Shown in pieces: positions 21,334 to 33,645 of a stretch of DNA of 64,000 nucleotides. The notes under the pieces were generated by a model, which was not told the origin of the DNA, did no database searches, and saw only the letters and a program-made list of their open reading frames with translations. A program made the position numbers and the translations under genes. This stretch comes from an uncultured Chloroflexia bacterium (GTDB lineage Bacteria > Chloroflexota > Anaerolineae > CG2-30-64-16): assembly GCA_963810095.1 (NCBI GenBank), contig CAWEMM010000006.1, forward strand, positions 608,001 through 672,000. The letters are read 5' to 3'. Each line of letters opens with the position of its first letter. Positions within the stretch are counted from its first letter, which is position 1.

Positions 21334-23694
21334 TCACGGCGTCACCGTGAAATCCATAAGCGTTAGGGCGTCGCCACCGGTGGTGCCGCCTGTCCGGTCA
21401 CGCACCTCCAGCCGTTTGCCGGTGGCCGGATCGTACAGCACCAGCAGCAATTGGTATGCGCCCGGCGCCAAGCCCCGTGGTACAGACAGGCTGCGGCGTT
21501 CCTGCACCACGTCGCCGCCCTGCCAGCCGCTCGCCGGCTTGAAACCATTTCCGAGCGGTATGTCGACGGAGGCTAGCGACCTCACGCCCCCACCGGCCCG
21601 GTCGGGCCCCAGCAACTGCAATGAGGCCACGTAATCCGCGCCGGGCGCGACCAAGGCCTCCCAGGTCAAGTCGACCAGGAGCGCGTCGGGCGCCTTCGCC
21701 TCAGCGGTTCCGGCCGGCGTCTCCTGCACGTCGGACCGGCGCAGGCGGATCCTGTCGCCAAACAGGGCCGCATTTGCACCGCCCGAGACGACGGCGTGGC
21801 CCGAGGCGGGCGCAGGAAGCGCGTAGCGGCAGAGGCGCACCTGCGGCCCGGTCCAATCGCAGCGCTCCAGGTAGCCGGCCTGCCCCAGCCACTGCTCCAC
21901 GATGCTGTTGGGATCGCCGGGCGCGACCCGCGTCAGCACCAGCCACGCGCGGCGGCGGCCCGCCAGGTCGACCAGGTGCTGCTGCTGCCAGTCTACCTCG
22001 CGGGTCAACAAGTCCTCACGAGGGAGATCGATCCGGCGCGGGCAACCGGCGCGGCAGTAGTTTAGCATCGCCACGGCCGGAACATTCAAATCCTGCGTCC
22101 ACAGGTCGGTCACCAGAACGTCATCCGGGCCGGCCTCGGCGCGCACGATCGCAGCAGCGGCCGGATAGCCGAGGTCGGGCTGGTAGCGCGGGTCGGCCCA
22201 GACGCTGCGGACGGCGAGCAGGGCCACGGGCACCCAGACCAGGCAAACGGCCGCCGAGACCCAGACCGCGCTCGCACCGGGCTGCCTCCCGTCCGCGCGC
22301 CCCCGGCTCAGCGCCCACAACCAAGCGCCGGCGGCGGCGGTGCAGAGGACCAAACCCGCCAGGACGGCCCAACGCGCGCCACCCCCCGGCCCGCTGATCA
22401 GCCACGCGATGTCGACCCGACCGGCCTCCAGGTAACGCAGCAGTCCGGGGAGCGTCCACGCATCCCAGCGCCAGGTCAGTGCCGGGCCGGTCAGCCCGGC
22501 GGGGAAGAGCACATCGCGCACGTACTGGTTGAAGGGCGAGAGCACCCCCAGCAGTTGCACGAGCAGGCTCAGCCCCGCGATGACTGCTGCGAAGGCGAGG
22601 CCCGCCCGGCCCCAGCGTTCTCGCAGCCACTGCAGCCCAAAGGGCAGCGGCAGGCACAGCAGCGGCAGCAGCACGACGAGCTGCCGGGGCCCGAAGGCCC
22701 AATAGCCCCACCAGAAGGGGTTGGTCGTCGATAAAAGCACGTAGAAGACGCTGCCGCCGAGCGCCACGAAAGCGGTCTCGGGCGCCTGGCGGGTGAATGG
22801 TACGACCCCGAAAAAGGACAGCACGAGTACGGGCGAAAACAGCAGCAGCCCCCAGCCCGGGCTGATCCACAGCGCGACGAACGCCCCCAGGTCGGGCGTG
22901 CCCAGGGCATAGGCGGGCACGAGCCCGGCGAACACCGGGAGGCGCAGGATCGCAAGGGTCGCGAAGATCAGGACGCTGCCGCCGATCGCCACCCACGGAG
23001 CAGCCTGCCGTCCCCGCTCTGGCCCCAGCCGCCGCACCCCGCCCGCGGCCGCACCCACAACCAAAAACGGCGCAAATGCCAGCAGCGTCCCCTTGATGGC
23101 CACCCCGCAGGCGAAAGCAAACGCGCCCGTCAGGAGCGGCACCAGCGCCCACCGTCCGACCGGGACGCGCGCCCAGCGCACGACGCCGTAAACTGCCCCG
23201 AGCAGCGCCAGCCCGGCCGCAGGCTCGCGAAACAGGTAGTGGCTGTAGGGCCAGGACAGCGTCGCCAAGCCGAAGAGCAGCGCGGTTGCGAGGCGCAGGC
23301 GGCGTGAAAGGCCGAACTCGCCGAGGAACACGTACAGCAGCGCACCGGTGGCCGCAGCGATGACGCTCCCTGCCAGCGCCGCGCTCTGAAACGCGCCCGG
23401 GCCCGCCATCCCGCCCGGCGCCGCGGCCGACACGGCGTAGAACGGTGTGAGGAGCAGCGTGAAGAGCCGGCCGTGTGCCTGCAGCGCGGTCCAGTCGCCC
23501 GTCACCGCGGCATGCGCACCCGCGAGATAGAACCATTCGTCGGGGCTGTGGGGCACGCCGCTGTAGGTGAGCAGGTAGACAGCGGCGAGGAAACCGGCCA
23601 GGGCCAAGGCGACGGCAAGGTCCGACCTTCGCTCCAAACCGCGCCCATCACCGGGCCCGAACTTAACGGCTTCTTGGGCCACGGGCGCGGTCAT
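21334..23694 (-). CDS. GT-C-like polytopic membrane glycosyltransferase with C-terminal beta domain
   Basis: HSPDE after first TM, WPYS..LFREP, GLLLFSP, WWG.WAFGPR. Confidence 0.75.
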   Translation of the reverse strand: MTAPVAQEAVKFGPGDGRGLERRSDLAVALALAGFLAAVYLLTYSGVPHSPDEWFYLAGAHAAVTGDWTALQAHGRLFTLLLTPFYAVSAAAPGGMAGPGAFQSAALAGSVIAAATGALLYVFLGEFGLSRRLRLATALLFGLATLSWPYSHYLFREPAAGLALLGAVYGVVRWARVPVGRWALVPLLTGAFAFACGVAIKGTLLAFAPFLVVGAAAGGVRRLGPERGRQAAPWVAIGGSVLIFATLAILRLPVFAGLVPAYALGTPDLGAFVALWISPGWGLLLFSPVLVLSFFGVVPFTRQAPETAFVALGGSVFYVLLSTTNPFWWGYWAFGPRQLVVLLPLLCLPLPFGLQWLRERWGRAGLAFAAVIAGLSLLVQLLGVLSPFNQYVRDVLFPAGLTGPALTWRWDAWTLPGLLRYLEAGRVDIAWLISGPGGGARWAVLAGLVLCTAAAGAWLWALSRGRADGRQPGASAVWVSAAVCLVWVPVALLAVRSVWADPRYQPDLGYPAAAAIVRAEAGPDDVLVTDLWTQDLNVPAVAMLNYCRAGCPRRIDLPREDLLTREVDWQQQHLVDLAGRRRAWLVLTRVAPGDPNSIVEQWLGQAGYLERCDWTGPQVRLCRYALPAPASGHAVVSGGANAALFGDRIRLRRSDVQETPAGTAEAKAPDALLVDLTWEALVAPGADYVASLQLLGPDRAGGGVRSLASVDIPLGNGFKPASGWQGGDVVQERRSLSVPRGLAPGAYQLLLVLYDPATGKRLEVRDRTGGTTGGDALTLMDFTVTP

Positions 23695-24069
23695 GACGGG
23701 ATTGATGCGCAAAGGAGGATGGCGTCGCCATGGATGGCGAGGTGCGCCCGGATAACAAACAAACAGCGCATGAACTGCTGCCTCAGATGGTCCCTTCGTA
23801 GGTGTTGGTGCTGCCAGAGAGCGGGGCGCAGAGGTCGGGCGAGGACGCAGGCTCGCTCGCGGCGCCGGAAGAGCCCGCATGAGCCACCCCTGGTGCGCCT
23901 CCGCCCTTCATTATACGCGCAACAGGTCATGCGGGGTAATCGCTGACACCACGTGAGACGGCGCAGCGGGTGCTCGAACGGCTACACAGGTGCAGGCGTG
24001 CACCCCGCGCTTGCTCGCGTCCGGTCGTTCGGCACGTCACGGGTTGCCGCGCACCCGTGCCCGGCCGGG

Positions 24070-25879
24070 TCAACGGGGGAGCGTCAGCATCTGCCCCTCG
24101 GGCAGCCCGGCAACGGGCAACCACGGCCCCTCGGGAAAGCTCCGCAGCCCCACCTGCACGGCGGCCGCCGCCGCCAGAACGCCTTCAGGAACGCGGTACG
24201 TGTCGGCCACGATCCGGCCAGGGGGCCACCGGTCCGTGCTGAAACGGCCCGCGCCCGGCGACCGCTTCCATTCCCACAGTACCGAGCCGTCTGCGCCCAG
24301 CACCCGCAGGTCTGTCCGCAGATCGTCAGGTGTCTTGTCGGCCGCCCGCCAGTACAAAGTCAGTTCGCCCCTGCCAGGCTGATCCCACCCGGCCCCGACG
24401 AGCTCGAGCGGACCGACGCGCTGTGCAACCTGCACTGCCGCCGCCACCTGGTCGGCGGGTGGTTCGGAGGGCGGCGCATAAGGCCCGATCAGGCCCCCGT
24501 ACAGCGCGGCGACGGCCACCAACACCATGAAGCCGGCAAAGGCCACGCTCGCGCCGCGGCGGCTGCGCGACGGGGGCCAAGCCGAGAGGCCGGCATAGAT
24601 CAGCAGCGCCAGGGGCGCAAGCGCGGGAAACAGCAAGCGGCCCTGGTCCGTGCCGAGTGCCGTCTGGCTGTAAGAATAGATGCCCGCGGCCGTAACCACC
24701 GGCGCGCCCAGAAGGAGCACCCAGCCACCCACACGGGGCGCACCCACCGTGTCGTCCCGGTCGCGGCGGGCGATCCACAGCAGCCAGCCGGATACGGCCG
24801 CCAACCCTACAATGGCCCAAAGCACGTAGAACCAGGTAGGCAACGGGATGTGCCCCGCGCCGCCAAACTTGCCCCAGAAGCTAAGCCACCAGCCGCGCAG
24901 GAGCTGGACACTGCCCGCCAACGCCCAGTGGCCCCGCGCGCCGGTCGATTGTCGCCAGGACGAGCGGCCAGCCGAAGAAGTCGCCGTAGAGACGCTGGTT
25001 ACGCCAGAGCCATGGCGCAGCCACCAGCAGCGCCGCAGCACCAGCCACAGCAATCCGCAGCGCGGCCACGCCGAGCGCGCGCCACGCCGGTGACTCCTGC
25101 CCACGCTGGTGCGCACGATCCTGCCACGCCCCCGCTAGCACGGCAGCCGAGACGACAAGCGCGAGCGAGCCCGTGCTGGCCTTAGTCACGAATGCCAGCC
25201 CGAGGCACAAGCCCGCCAGAAGGGCCAGGCCGAGCGGGCGCATCCACCCGCCGCGCTCGGCCGCAGGCCGGACAACCAGCCGCGCCGTGAACAACAGCGC
25301 CAGGGTCGACCACATGGCCGCCAGCATGTCGTTGCTCATCGCCCCACCGATGAACAACGACTCGGGCAGGAACGCGGCGAACGCGGCGCCGCCAAGGGCA
25401 ATGTCGGGCCTCCGCGGCCACAGGGCCCGCCCAAGCAGGTAGGTGGCAAGAACGAAGACCAACCCCGCGAGGATGGACACAAACCGTCCCGCATACAGGG
25501 TCAGCACTCCGCCGCGCCAGGGGCGTTCTTCTAGGGACGTGTGGACGAAGAAGTTCGATGCGAGGGCGCCGGCGCCGAAAGCCATGTCGGGATTCGCGCG
25601 AAGGAAGCTGGGGTCGGCGGTGCCGCCCGCCGCCCGCGCCGCCGCAGCAGCCGCCAGGTAATAGAGCGGGGGATGCTTGGCCTGGGTAATCGCGGGATCG
25701 GCCGGCAGCCGTCCTTCGGCCAGAATATACGCGGCATAGGCGAAATGGTCCGCCTCGTCCGGCGCTTCGCCAAGCGGCATCGCGAGCGTATAGGCAATTC
25801 CCAGCCCGGCGCGCAGCAGCAGGAGGACAGCCAGCAAAAAAAGCTCGTGTTTCCTGATGCCCGGTCGACGTTCGCTCAT
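24070..25879 (-). CDS. DUF2142/ArnT-like GT-C glycosyltransferase; frameshift near 24925
   Basis: EAPDEADH, KHPPLYY, SND, RN..LYGD.FG, SFWGKFG, QGRLLFP, LTLYW. Confidence 0.8.
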
Positions 25880-25896
25880 GCTTCGCGGTCCACCGC

Positions 25897-27102
25897 TTAC
25901 ACGTTGACCCCGAGACCCCGATAGGCCAGGAGGTGACCCTGCGCAATCGTCTCCCACTCGAACTGCCGGGAGAGCACCGCGGCTTTCGCGGCCAACAGCG
26001 AACGCAGCGCAGCGCCATTCATCAGGTGGATCACGGCGTCGGCCATGCGGACGGGACTCCCAGGCGGGGTCAACAGGGCGTTGACGCCATCCTCGAGCAT
26101 GGGGAACTGGCGCATCGCTTCGGCCGGGCAGCCGGTCAACGCCGTGCTGACGATGGGCAAGCCGTGGGCGAGTGCAGCCATCAGGCTCCCGTGGCGCAGG
26201 GACGCGCCCTCGCGGTAAGGCAGCACTGCGCAGTCGGCGGCCAGCAGATTGGCGGTCACCTCCTCGGATGAGGTGAACCCCGTCCAGTGTACCCGGCCTG
26301 TGAGGCCGAGCTCGCCGATCAGGCCTTCGACCTTTTGCAGGTAGGCCAGGTTCGTCGGATCGCTCGACCCAACCTTGCCGCCGACCATCAGGAGATGCGC
26401 CGGCGCGCGGCGGCGTACCAGCTCGGCCAGGGTCTCGATGAGAACCTCGCCACCCTTGTTGGCATTCAGAAAGCCGAAGTAGGCCAGGAGCCACGTGTTG
26501 GCATCTGCGCCCCATTTCGCACGCTGCGCGGCCCGGTCATAACCCGGCGTCACCTCGCAGCGAATGTTACTGCCAATCGGGATGGCCCGGAGCTTGTCGC
26601 GCAGACCCGCGTCGCTGAGCCGCGCCCAGTCGGCGGGGTTCGTCACGACCGCAGCGTCGGCGTCTCTGGCCAGCCGGAGCACGGACTGCCAGCGCAAGGG
26701 CCCGGCCTTCGGGAACAGGTACGGGAACTTCAAATCGTGGAACGTGACGACAAAGGGCAGATGTTTGTGCAACAGGCGCACGCGCGCCGGCAGCAGGTTT
26801 ACCGCAGGGTGCAAGCCATAGGCGGCAGACTGGTATTGGATGTGGACCACATCCGGCTGCACTTCGTCGATCATCCGGTGAACGTGCCGCCAGAGATTCC
26901 ACCCTCGACGCTCGAGCCGGGGATAAACGGTCGGCTCGTATGCCGCTGCGGGCGCGCGGAGATGGTCGGCGCCCGCATCTGCGTGTGTCAGCACGTGGAC
27001 GTCGACGCCTAATAGCCCCATGGCCTGGCCGAGGCGGCGCGTATAATCGCCGACTCCGCCCTGCATGGCCGGGTACTCACCTGAAACAAATAGAACGCGC
27101 AT
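25897..27102 (-). CDS. Glycosyltransferase family 4
   Basis: MRVLFVSGEYP..GGVGDY, YFGFL..NKG, GSLMAALAHGLPIV. Confidence 0.92.
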   Translation of the reverse strand: MRVLFVSGEYPAMQGGVGDYTRRLGQAMGLLGVDVHVLTHADAGADHLRAPAAAYEPTVYPRLERRGWNLWRHVHRMIDEVQPDVVHIQYQSAAYGLHPAVNLLPARVRLLHKHLPFVVTFHDLKFPYLFPKAGPLRWQSVLRLARDADAAVVTNPADWARLSDAGLRDKLRAIPIGSNIRCEVTPGYDRAAQRAKWGADANTWLLAYFGFLNANKGGEVLIETLAELVRRRAPAHLLMVGGKVGSSDPTNLAYLQKVEGLIGELGLTGRVHWTGFTSSEEVTANLLAADCAVLPYREGASLRHGSLMAALAHGLPIVSTALTGCPAEAMRQFPMLEDGVNALLTPPGSPVRMADAVIHLMNGAALRSLLAAKAAVLSRQFEWETIAQGHLLAYRGLGVNV

Positions 27103-27200
27103 AATGACCTACTTCAAACTTGCCTTTTCTTTAAGGGTCAGAGCATTCTCTGCCCCGCTACGAGCGGCCCCGCTCGCAGCGGCCCGGCTCATGCTGCCGA

Positions 27201-28124
27201 TCAGGCCAGGCCCGAACGGAGCAACTGCGAGTACGCACTGAGACGGGCCCGCCGCATCGGCCGCTGCGAACCCAAAATATACTTGCCTGCCTCCAGGCAC
27301 CATTCGACGGCGAACATCGCCAGGAGTGCCAGGCGAAGGATCCCGGCCTGGAAACGGCCGTGATGCTTCCGAAAATACCGCACCTTGCTGCGGTTGAAGC
27401 GGATGTGCCGGGCCCCTGCGGCCTGCTCCGACGACTTGCCCTCGTAATGGGTGATCACCGCTTCGGGGAGGTAGACCACCTGCCAGCCGGCCTGCTTGAC
27501 GCGCCGCTGCCAGTCAAGCTCTTCCGAATACATGAAGAAGCCTTCGTCGAACCCGCCCACCTGCGCCAGCACCTCGCGCCGGGTCAGCAGCGCGGCGCCC
27601 ACCAGCCAGTCGACCTCCTGGGTCGCGTCAGGTGCGACGTCGTCCAGATGATAGCGCTGCGCCCACGGGTTGCGCTGGGGCGGCAGCCGCCATGCCAGTG
27701 GCGTGCTCTCGAAGATCCCGGTTGCCAGCGTTGGAAAGCGGCGTCGTGAGGACTGCAGCGAGCCGTCGCCGTAGAGCAGCCGGGGCCCGACGACGCCAAC
27801 GCCGGGGTGAGCATCGAGATACCCCAGCATGTAGTCGAGCGAGCCGTCCGAGACGACGGTGTCCGGATTGAGGAAAAAGACGAAAGGACGGCTCGCGACG
27901 GCCAACCCATCGTTGTTGCCGCCCGTGAAGCCGCGGTTGTCCCGATTCGTCACCAAGCGAACGTGCGGAAAAGCCTCGGCCACCATCGCCGCACTGCCAT
28001 CCGCAGACGCATTGTCCACCACGATGATCTCAGCATCGCGTGGCAAAGACGCCAGGCACGCCCGCAGCAGTTCGCGCACGTTCCAGCTTACGACGATGAT
28101 GGACACCTGAGAGAGATCGGCCAT
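27201..28124 (-). CDS. Glycosyltransferase family 2
   Basis: SIIVVSWN, VVDNASADG, GFTGGNN, LNPD, FDEGFFMYSEELD. Confidence 0.93.
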   Translation of the reverse strand: MADLSQVSIIVVSWNVRELLRACLASLPRDAEIIVVDNASADGSAAMVAEAFPHVRLVTNRDNRGFTGGNNDGLAVASRPFVFFLNPDTVVSDGSLDYMLGYLDAHPGVGVVGPRLLYGDGSLQSSRRRFPTLATGIFESTPLAWRLPPQRNPWAQRYHLDDVAPDATQEVDWLVGAALLTRREVLAQVGGFDEGFFMYSEELDWQRRVKQAGWQVVYLPEAVITHYEGKSSEQAAGARHIRFNRSKVRYFRKHHGRFQAGILRLALLAMFAVEWCLEAGKYILGSQRPMRRARLSAYSQLLRSGLA

Positions 28125-28143
28125 GTGAGGGAACGAGTTCTAT

Positions 28144-28204
28144 CACAAAGGCACAAAGACACCACCGAGCGACGAGAAGGTCCTTGTGCCGTCGTGTCTT
28201 TGTG
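28144..28204. repeat. CACAAAGAC-periodic palindrome (family A)
   Basis: CACAAAGGCACAAAGACAC...CTTGTGCCGTCGTGTCTTTGTG. Confidence 0.75.
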
Positions 28205-28208
28205 TTGG

Positions 28209-29183
28209 CTAAACGTGCCTCGAGACGACGAAGTCGGCCAATTCCTCCAGGGCCCGGCGATAGCGGCCCTCTGGGAAGATCGCCAGGTGACCTTTGGCCC
28301 GAGCGGCGAAGTCCTGGGCCTCAGCCGCCGCCTGGCGCATGGCGTCCGACTTCCGCACCTGCGCGATAATCTCGCCAACCGACTCGCCCGACCCATTGCT
28401 GCTGTCCAGCGCTGCCAGCACACGCTGGGGCTCGGCGTGGTTCTGCAGGAAGTAGAAGAACGGCAGCGTCACGATCCCCTGCCGCAGGTCGCCGCCCACC
28501 GGCTTCCCCAGCGTGGCCTCTTCGCCGGTGTAGTCCAGGATGTCGTCCACGATCTGGAAAGCCATACCCAGGTCTTTCCCGTAATCGTAGAGTGCCTGCA
28601 CCTGTTCTTCACCGGCGCCGGCCAGGATGGCGCCCGACTTGGTGGCCGAAGCAAACAGCGAGGCGGTTTTGGCGAAGATGCGGGGATAATAGGCCGCCTG
28701 GGGCTGGTCCCACTGCTTGCTCGAGAAAAGCTGGCGCAACTCACCCTCGACAATAATGCGCAGGGTGTCGGCGAAGAGCTGCACGACGGGCACATTCTCC
28801 GTTTCCGCAGCGAAGGCGGCAGCCCGTGCGAACAGGTAATCGCCCGCCAGGACGGTTGCGCCTTTGTTCCACTGCGCGTTAAGCGTGGTCATGCCCCGGC
28901 GCACCAGTGCGTTGTCGATCAGATCGTCGTGCACCAGCGTCGCGTTATGAAGCATTTCGACGGCTGCGCCAACGGCCACGGCCTTTTCCGAGGCCGGCTC
29001 GACGAAGAGATTGTACGCCGCCAGCGCAAGCGCGGGCCGCAGGCGCTTGCCGCCGCTGCCCAGGAGTTGCAGGAAAGCCTCGGCCAAGGGCGCGTACGCA
29101 CCCGTGGCGATGCCGCGCATCTTCTGCTCGACCCGCTCCAGGTCAGCCTGCACCAGGCTCAACAAAGTAACTTCTTTGATCAT
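28209..29183 (-). CDS. Polyprenyl diphosphate synthase
   Basis: GGKRLRP, LVHDDLID..RRG, AFQIVDDILD. Confidence 0.95.
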   Translation of the reverse strand: MIKEVTLLSLVQADLERVEQKMRGIATGAYAPLAEAFLQLLGSGGKRLRPALALAAYNLFVEPASEKAVAVGAAVEMLHNATLVHDDLIDNALVRRGMTTLNAQWNKGATVLAGDYLFARAAAFAAETENVPVVQLFADTLRIIVEGELRQLFSSKQWDQPQAAYYPRIFAKTASLFASATKSGAILAGAGEEQVQALYDYGKDLGMAFQIVDDILDYTGEEATLGKPVGGDLRQGIVTLPFFYFLQNHAEPQRVLAALDSSNGSGESVGEIIAQVRKSDAMRQAAAEAQDFAARAKGHLAIFPEGRYRRALEELADFVVSRHV

Positions 29184-29185
29184 GT

Positions 29186-29995
29186 CTAGTCCAACGTAAA
29201 ACAGCGCCTCGCCGTTGCCGTCGTCTGCGCAGCTATCTCGTCCAACGTCTTTCCCCTCAACCGCGCCAACGCCTCGGCGGCCAGGGGCAAATAAGCAGGC
29301 TCATTGCGCTGCCCCCGGTACGGATGCGGCGCAAGGTAGGGTGCGTCCGTTTCCAAAATCAAGCGTTCAAGGTCCAGGTCAGGCACCAGGGCATGCAACC
29401 GCCGGGCGTTCTGAAAGGTGACCGGCCCGCCCAGGCCCAGAACCAGGCCCAAGTCGTAGGCCCGCTGCGCCTGCTCGAGCGTGCCGCCGAACGCGTGCCA
29501 CACCCCTACAATACCACTTTTCGCCCGAAAACTCGGTATCTCAGACACCCATTGTGATATTAGATACAGAAGGTCTTCCGTGCACGCCCCGTCGCCGTCC
29601 TTTGCATTGCGGGTATGCAGGATGACCGGCAGGCCCAGATCGGCCGCCAGCGAGAGCTGCCCCAGCAGCGCCCGCTTCTGCTGCTCGTGGTCCACCTTTT
29701 CCCAATAATAGTCCAGCCCGATTTCGCCGACGGCGACCACTTTCGGCTGCTGCGCCAGCTCCCGTAATTGTGCCAGTGCGTCGTCGTCGAAGCCGGCGCA
29801 GTCGTTCGGGTGGACCCCGAGCGCCGCATACACGTGTTCGTGACGCCCCGCCAGGTCCAACACCCGGCGGCACGAGTCCAGGTCAATGGCCGGATTGATG
29901 AGCCGGGTCACGCCTGCAGCAGTCGCCCGCTCGATGACCTGTTCGCGATCCTCGTCATACTGGCGCAGGTCCAGGTGACAGTGCGTGTCGACGAT
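29186..29995 (-). CDS. tatD: TatD family hydrolase (start codon unresolved)
   Basis: IVDTHCHL upstream of the listed ORF in the same frame, GVHP, GEIGLDYY, ETDAPYLAP, NEP. Confidence 0.9.
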   Translation of the reverse strand: MVDTHCHLDLRQYDEDREQVIERATAAGVTRLINPAIDLDSCRRVLDLAGRHEHVYAALGVHPNDCAGFDDDALAQLRELAQQPKVVAVGEIGLDYYWEKVDHEQQKRALLGQLSLAADLGLPVILHTRNAKDGDGACTEDLLYLISQWVSEIPSFRAKSGIVGVWHAFGGTLEQAQRAYDLGLVLGLGGPVTFQNARRLHALVPDLDLERLILETDAPYLAPHPYRGQRNEPAYLPLAAEALARLRGKTLDEIAAQTTATARRCFTLD

Positions 29996-30031
29996 GCTCG
30001 GGAGCCGGGTTTCTTCGAGAGCACGGATTTC

Positions 30032-31465
30032 TCACCCAATCCCGGCGACCTTCATCCCGTCAGCCAGGATTGCCGGCACCTTGTCGCCGTGAACCGTCTC
30101 GCAGTAGACCCGGATCAGTGGCTCGGTGCCCGAGAAACGGATCAACAGCCAGCCGCCGTCTTCCAGGTCAAACTTGTAGCCGTCCGTCGTGTCCTTGCCC
30201 GTCACTCGCAGCCCACCGATGCTCTCGGGCATGGCCGTATCGAGCTTTACGCGCGCGGCCTGCTTCATCTCATTATCGCGCAGACGCGTGTCGATGCGGT
30301 CATAGTAATGCGGCCCGCCCACCATGTCGAATAGGCGAGTGAGCAGCTGGGTCGGCTTCATGGCCGTGCGGCACATCATGTCGAGCAGGTACAGGTTCGC
30401 GAGGATGCCGTCGCGCTCGGGCACGTGGCCGCGGAAAGCGTAGCCGCCGCTCTCCTCGCCGCCGATCAGGCCGTCATACTTGATCATGGCGGGCGCCACA
30501 TATTTGAACCCCACCCCGGTGTGCACCACCGGCACGCCGAACTTCTGGCCCAGCTTGTCCAGCATGGCCGTGGTGCTCAACGTCTTGACGATGGTGCCGC
30601 GCTCGCCCCGGATGTCGAGCAAGTACATGGCGAGCAGGCCGTAGACCCGCAGTTGGTCCACAAACTGCCCGTTCTCGTCGCCCAGGCCGCAGCGGTCTGC
30701 GTCGCCGTCGAGGATGCACACGACGTCTGCCCCTAGCTCACGCGCCTTGGCCAGGCCCGCGTCGACGTTCGGCGGGATCGGCTCGGGCCGCTTCATCTCG
30801 GGAAAGATCGGGTTGCGCTCCGCGTGATACTCGATCACCTGCGTCTTGCCGCCGGCGATGAAGCGTGAAATAAACCCCGCGCCGTTGCCCCACATGTTAT
30901 CGACCAGCACGGTGAAGCCCGCGTTCTTGATCGTCTCCACGTCGACCAGCGACCGGATGCGGGCATCGTACGCGGGCACCGGGTCGTACGGCTTGATCAG
31001 CCCGGCCTTCTCGCCTTCGTCGAAGCGCATCCGTTTCACGCCGGCCATGTTCGGCGGGATGCGCGCCTCAATCGCCTTGAGTCCATCCGGGTCAATCGCG
31101 CCGCCGTTCGGGTCGCGCACCTTGAAGCCGTTGTCAGTAGGCGGGTTGTGGCTGGCGGTGATGTTGACGGCGCCGAGCGCCTTCGCGTGGGTGACGCCGA
31201 ACGAAATAACCGGCGTTGGAACGCCGCCGCCCGCGAAATGTACCGGCACACCGTTCGCAGCCAGCACCTCGGCGGCCGCCGCCGCGAAGTGTTCGGACAG
31301 GAACCGCTTGTCCCCACCGACCACCACGCCCCGGCCGACCTCGTTCGGATAGGTTGCCTTGATGTAGTCCGCGAAGCCCTGGCTGCACCGCCGCACGTTA
31401 TCGAACGTGTAATCTTCGGCAATGTTGCCCCGCCAGCCGTCCGTCCCGAAGATGATGTCGCTCAC
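30032..31465 (-). CDS. Phosphoglucomutase/phosphomannomutase
   Basis: [34 protein letters not shown]. Confidence 0.95.
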   Translation of the reverse strand: MSDIIFGTDGWRGNIAEDYTFDNVRRCSQGFADYIKATYPNEVGRGVVVGGDKRFLSEHFAAAAAEVLAANGVPVHFAGGGVPTPVISFGVTHAKALGAVNITASHNPPTDNGFKVRDPNGGAIDPDGLKAIEARIPPNMAGVKRMRFDEGEKAGLIKPYDPVPAYDARIRSLVDVETIKNAGFTVLVDNMWGNGAGFISRFIAGGKTQVIEYHAERNPIFPEMKRPEPIPPNVDAGLAKARELGADVVCILDGDADRCGLGDENGQFVDQLRVYGLLAMYLLDIRGERGTIVKTLSTTAMLDKLGQKFGVPVVHTGVGFKYVAPAMIKYDGLIGGEESGGYAFRGHVPERDGILANLYLLDMMCRTAMKPTQLLTRLFDMVGGPHYYDRIDTRLRDNEMKQAARVKLDTAMPESIGGLRVTGKDTTDGYKFDLEDGGWLLIRFSGTEPLIRVYCETVHGDKVPAILADGMKVAGIG

Positions 31466-31487
31466 TTACTCACTCCCGTGGGGGGTC

Positions 31488-31534
31488 AGGGGTGTGGGGT
31501 GCGGGCGCCTTTGGCGCCCGCACCCCACACCCCT
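31488..31534. repeat. Perfect 22-bp-stem intergenic hairpin
   Basis: AGGGGTGTGGGGTGCGGGCGCC-TTT-GGCGCCCGCACCCCACACCCCT between gmd and pmm. Confidence 0.85.
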
Positions 31535-31539
31535 AACGA

Positions 31540-32535
<996 letters not shown>

Positions 32536-32547
32536 TCACTCATTCAC

Positions 32548-32594
32548 AGACCCGCCAGGTTGCCGCAATTGAGGTGCGCTAACCTGCCACGTCT
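32548..32594. repeat. Family C palindrome
   Basis: AGACCCGCCAGGTT...AACCTGCCACGTCT. Confidence 0.6.
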
Positions 32595-33551
32595 TTACCC
32601 AGTCACTTGCCGGCGCCAATCATCGAGCACGTCCCGGACCGTTTGTTCGAACGGAATTTGCGGCTCCCAGCCGGTTTGGCTGCGCAGCTTGGAGCAGTCG
32701 CCCACGATCTTCGGGGTGTCGACCGGCCGCAGCCGCTGCGGGTCCTGCCGAACCTCGATCTCCACGCTGGCGTGGCTGAGCAGCGCAACAAGCAGTTCTC
32801 TAACCGTGTGCGCTTCGCAGGCGCCGATGTTGTAGACCTCGCCCGGCACGCCGCGCTCGGCGGCCAGCACGTACCCCCGCACGATGTCGCGCACGTCGGA
32901 GAAGTCGCGCGCCACGTCGAGCTGGCCCACGCTCATCACGGGGGGACGTAACCCGCTCTCGATCTCCGCGATCTGTGCGGCGAAGTCCGGCGCGACGAAG
33001 CCGCGGCGCTGCCGCGGCCCGATGTGGTTGAACGGCCGCATCCGCACCGCGCGCACGCCGTGGCTAAGATAGTATTGCAGCCCCAGGAAATCCTGGGCGA
33101 TCTTGCTGACCGCATAGGGCGACGTCGGCCGCAGCGGCGCCAGCTCGGTCAGCGGCAAATCTGCTTCCGCCACCTGCCCGTATTCCTCGCTCGAGCCGAT
33201 CACCAGCGTGACCGCCTTGGGCGCCACCTGGACGATGGCCTGCAGCACATTCACCTGGAGCCGGACGTTGTTTTCGAGCGTGTACCACGGATCGATGCGG
33301 CTGAGCGACGGGATCGGCTGGGCGGCCAGGTGGAAGATGACGTCGGGCTTGCTGTCCTCGACGATGCCCTGCACCGTCTCCAAGGCGGACAACTCGGCCT
33401 CGTAGAGGGTCAGCCGCTCGCGCAGGTGCCGGATATTGTCATCGCCGCTGCCGTAGACCGTGCCCGCAACGGCCCAGTCGCCAAGTTGCAGCAGGTGCTC
33501 GGCCAGGTGGCTGCCGACAAAACCCGAGATGCCTGTGATGAGCGCGCGCAA
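32595..33551 (-). CDS. GDP-4-keto-6-deoxymannose reductase-like (Rmd) NAD-dependent epimerase/dehydratase
   Basis: ITGISGFVG, HLAAQ, SSEEYG, PYAVSK, RPFNHIGPRQ, RDFSDVRD; next to gmd; TTG start with GGAGG. Confidence 0.85.
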   Translation of the reverse strand: MRALITGISGFVGSHLAEHLLQLGDWAVAGTVYGSGDDNIRHLRERLTLYEAELSALETVQGIVEDSKPDVIFHLAAQPIPSLSRIDPWYTLENNVRLQVNVLQAIVQVAPKAVTLVIGSSEEYGQVAEADLPLTELAPLRPTSPYAVSKIAQDFLGLQYYLSHGVRAVRMRPFNHIGPRQRRGFVAPDFAAQIAEIESGLRPPVMSVGQLDVARDFSDVRDIVRGYVLAAERGVPGEVYNIGACEAHTVRELLVALLSHASVEIEVRQDPQRLRPVDTPKIVGDCSKLRSQTGWEPQIPFEQTVRDVLDDWRRQVTG

Positions 33552-33645
33552 ACAGCCTCCCTGCCCTGGACCCACGCATGGCGACGAATGTTACTTTCGT
33601 CGCGATTATACCGTAGGACAGGACGAAAGAAAAGAAAACAGACTT

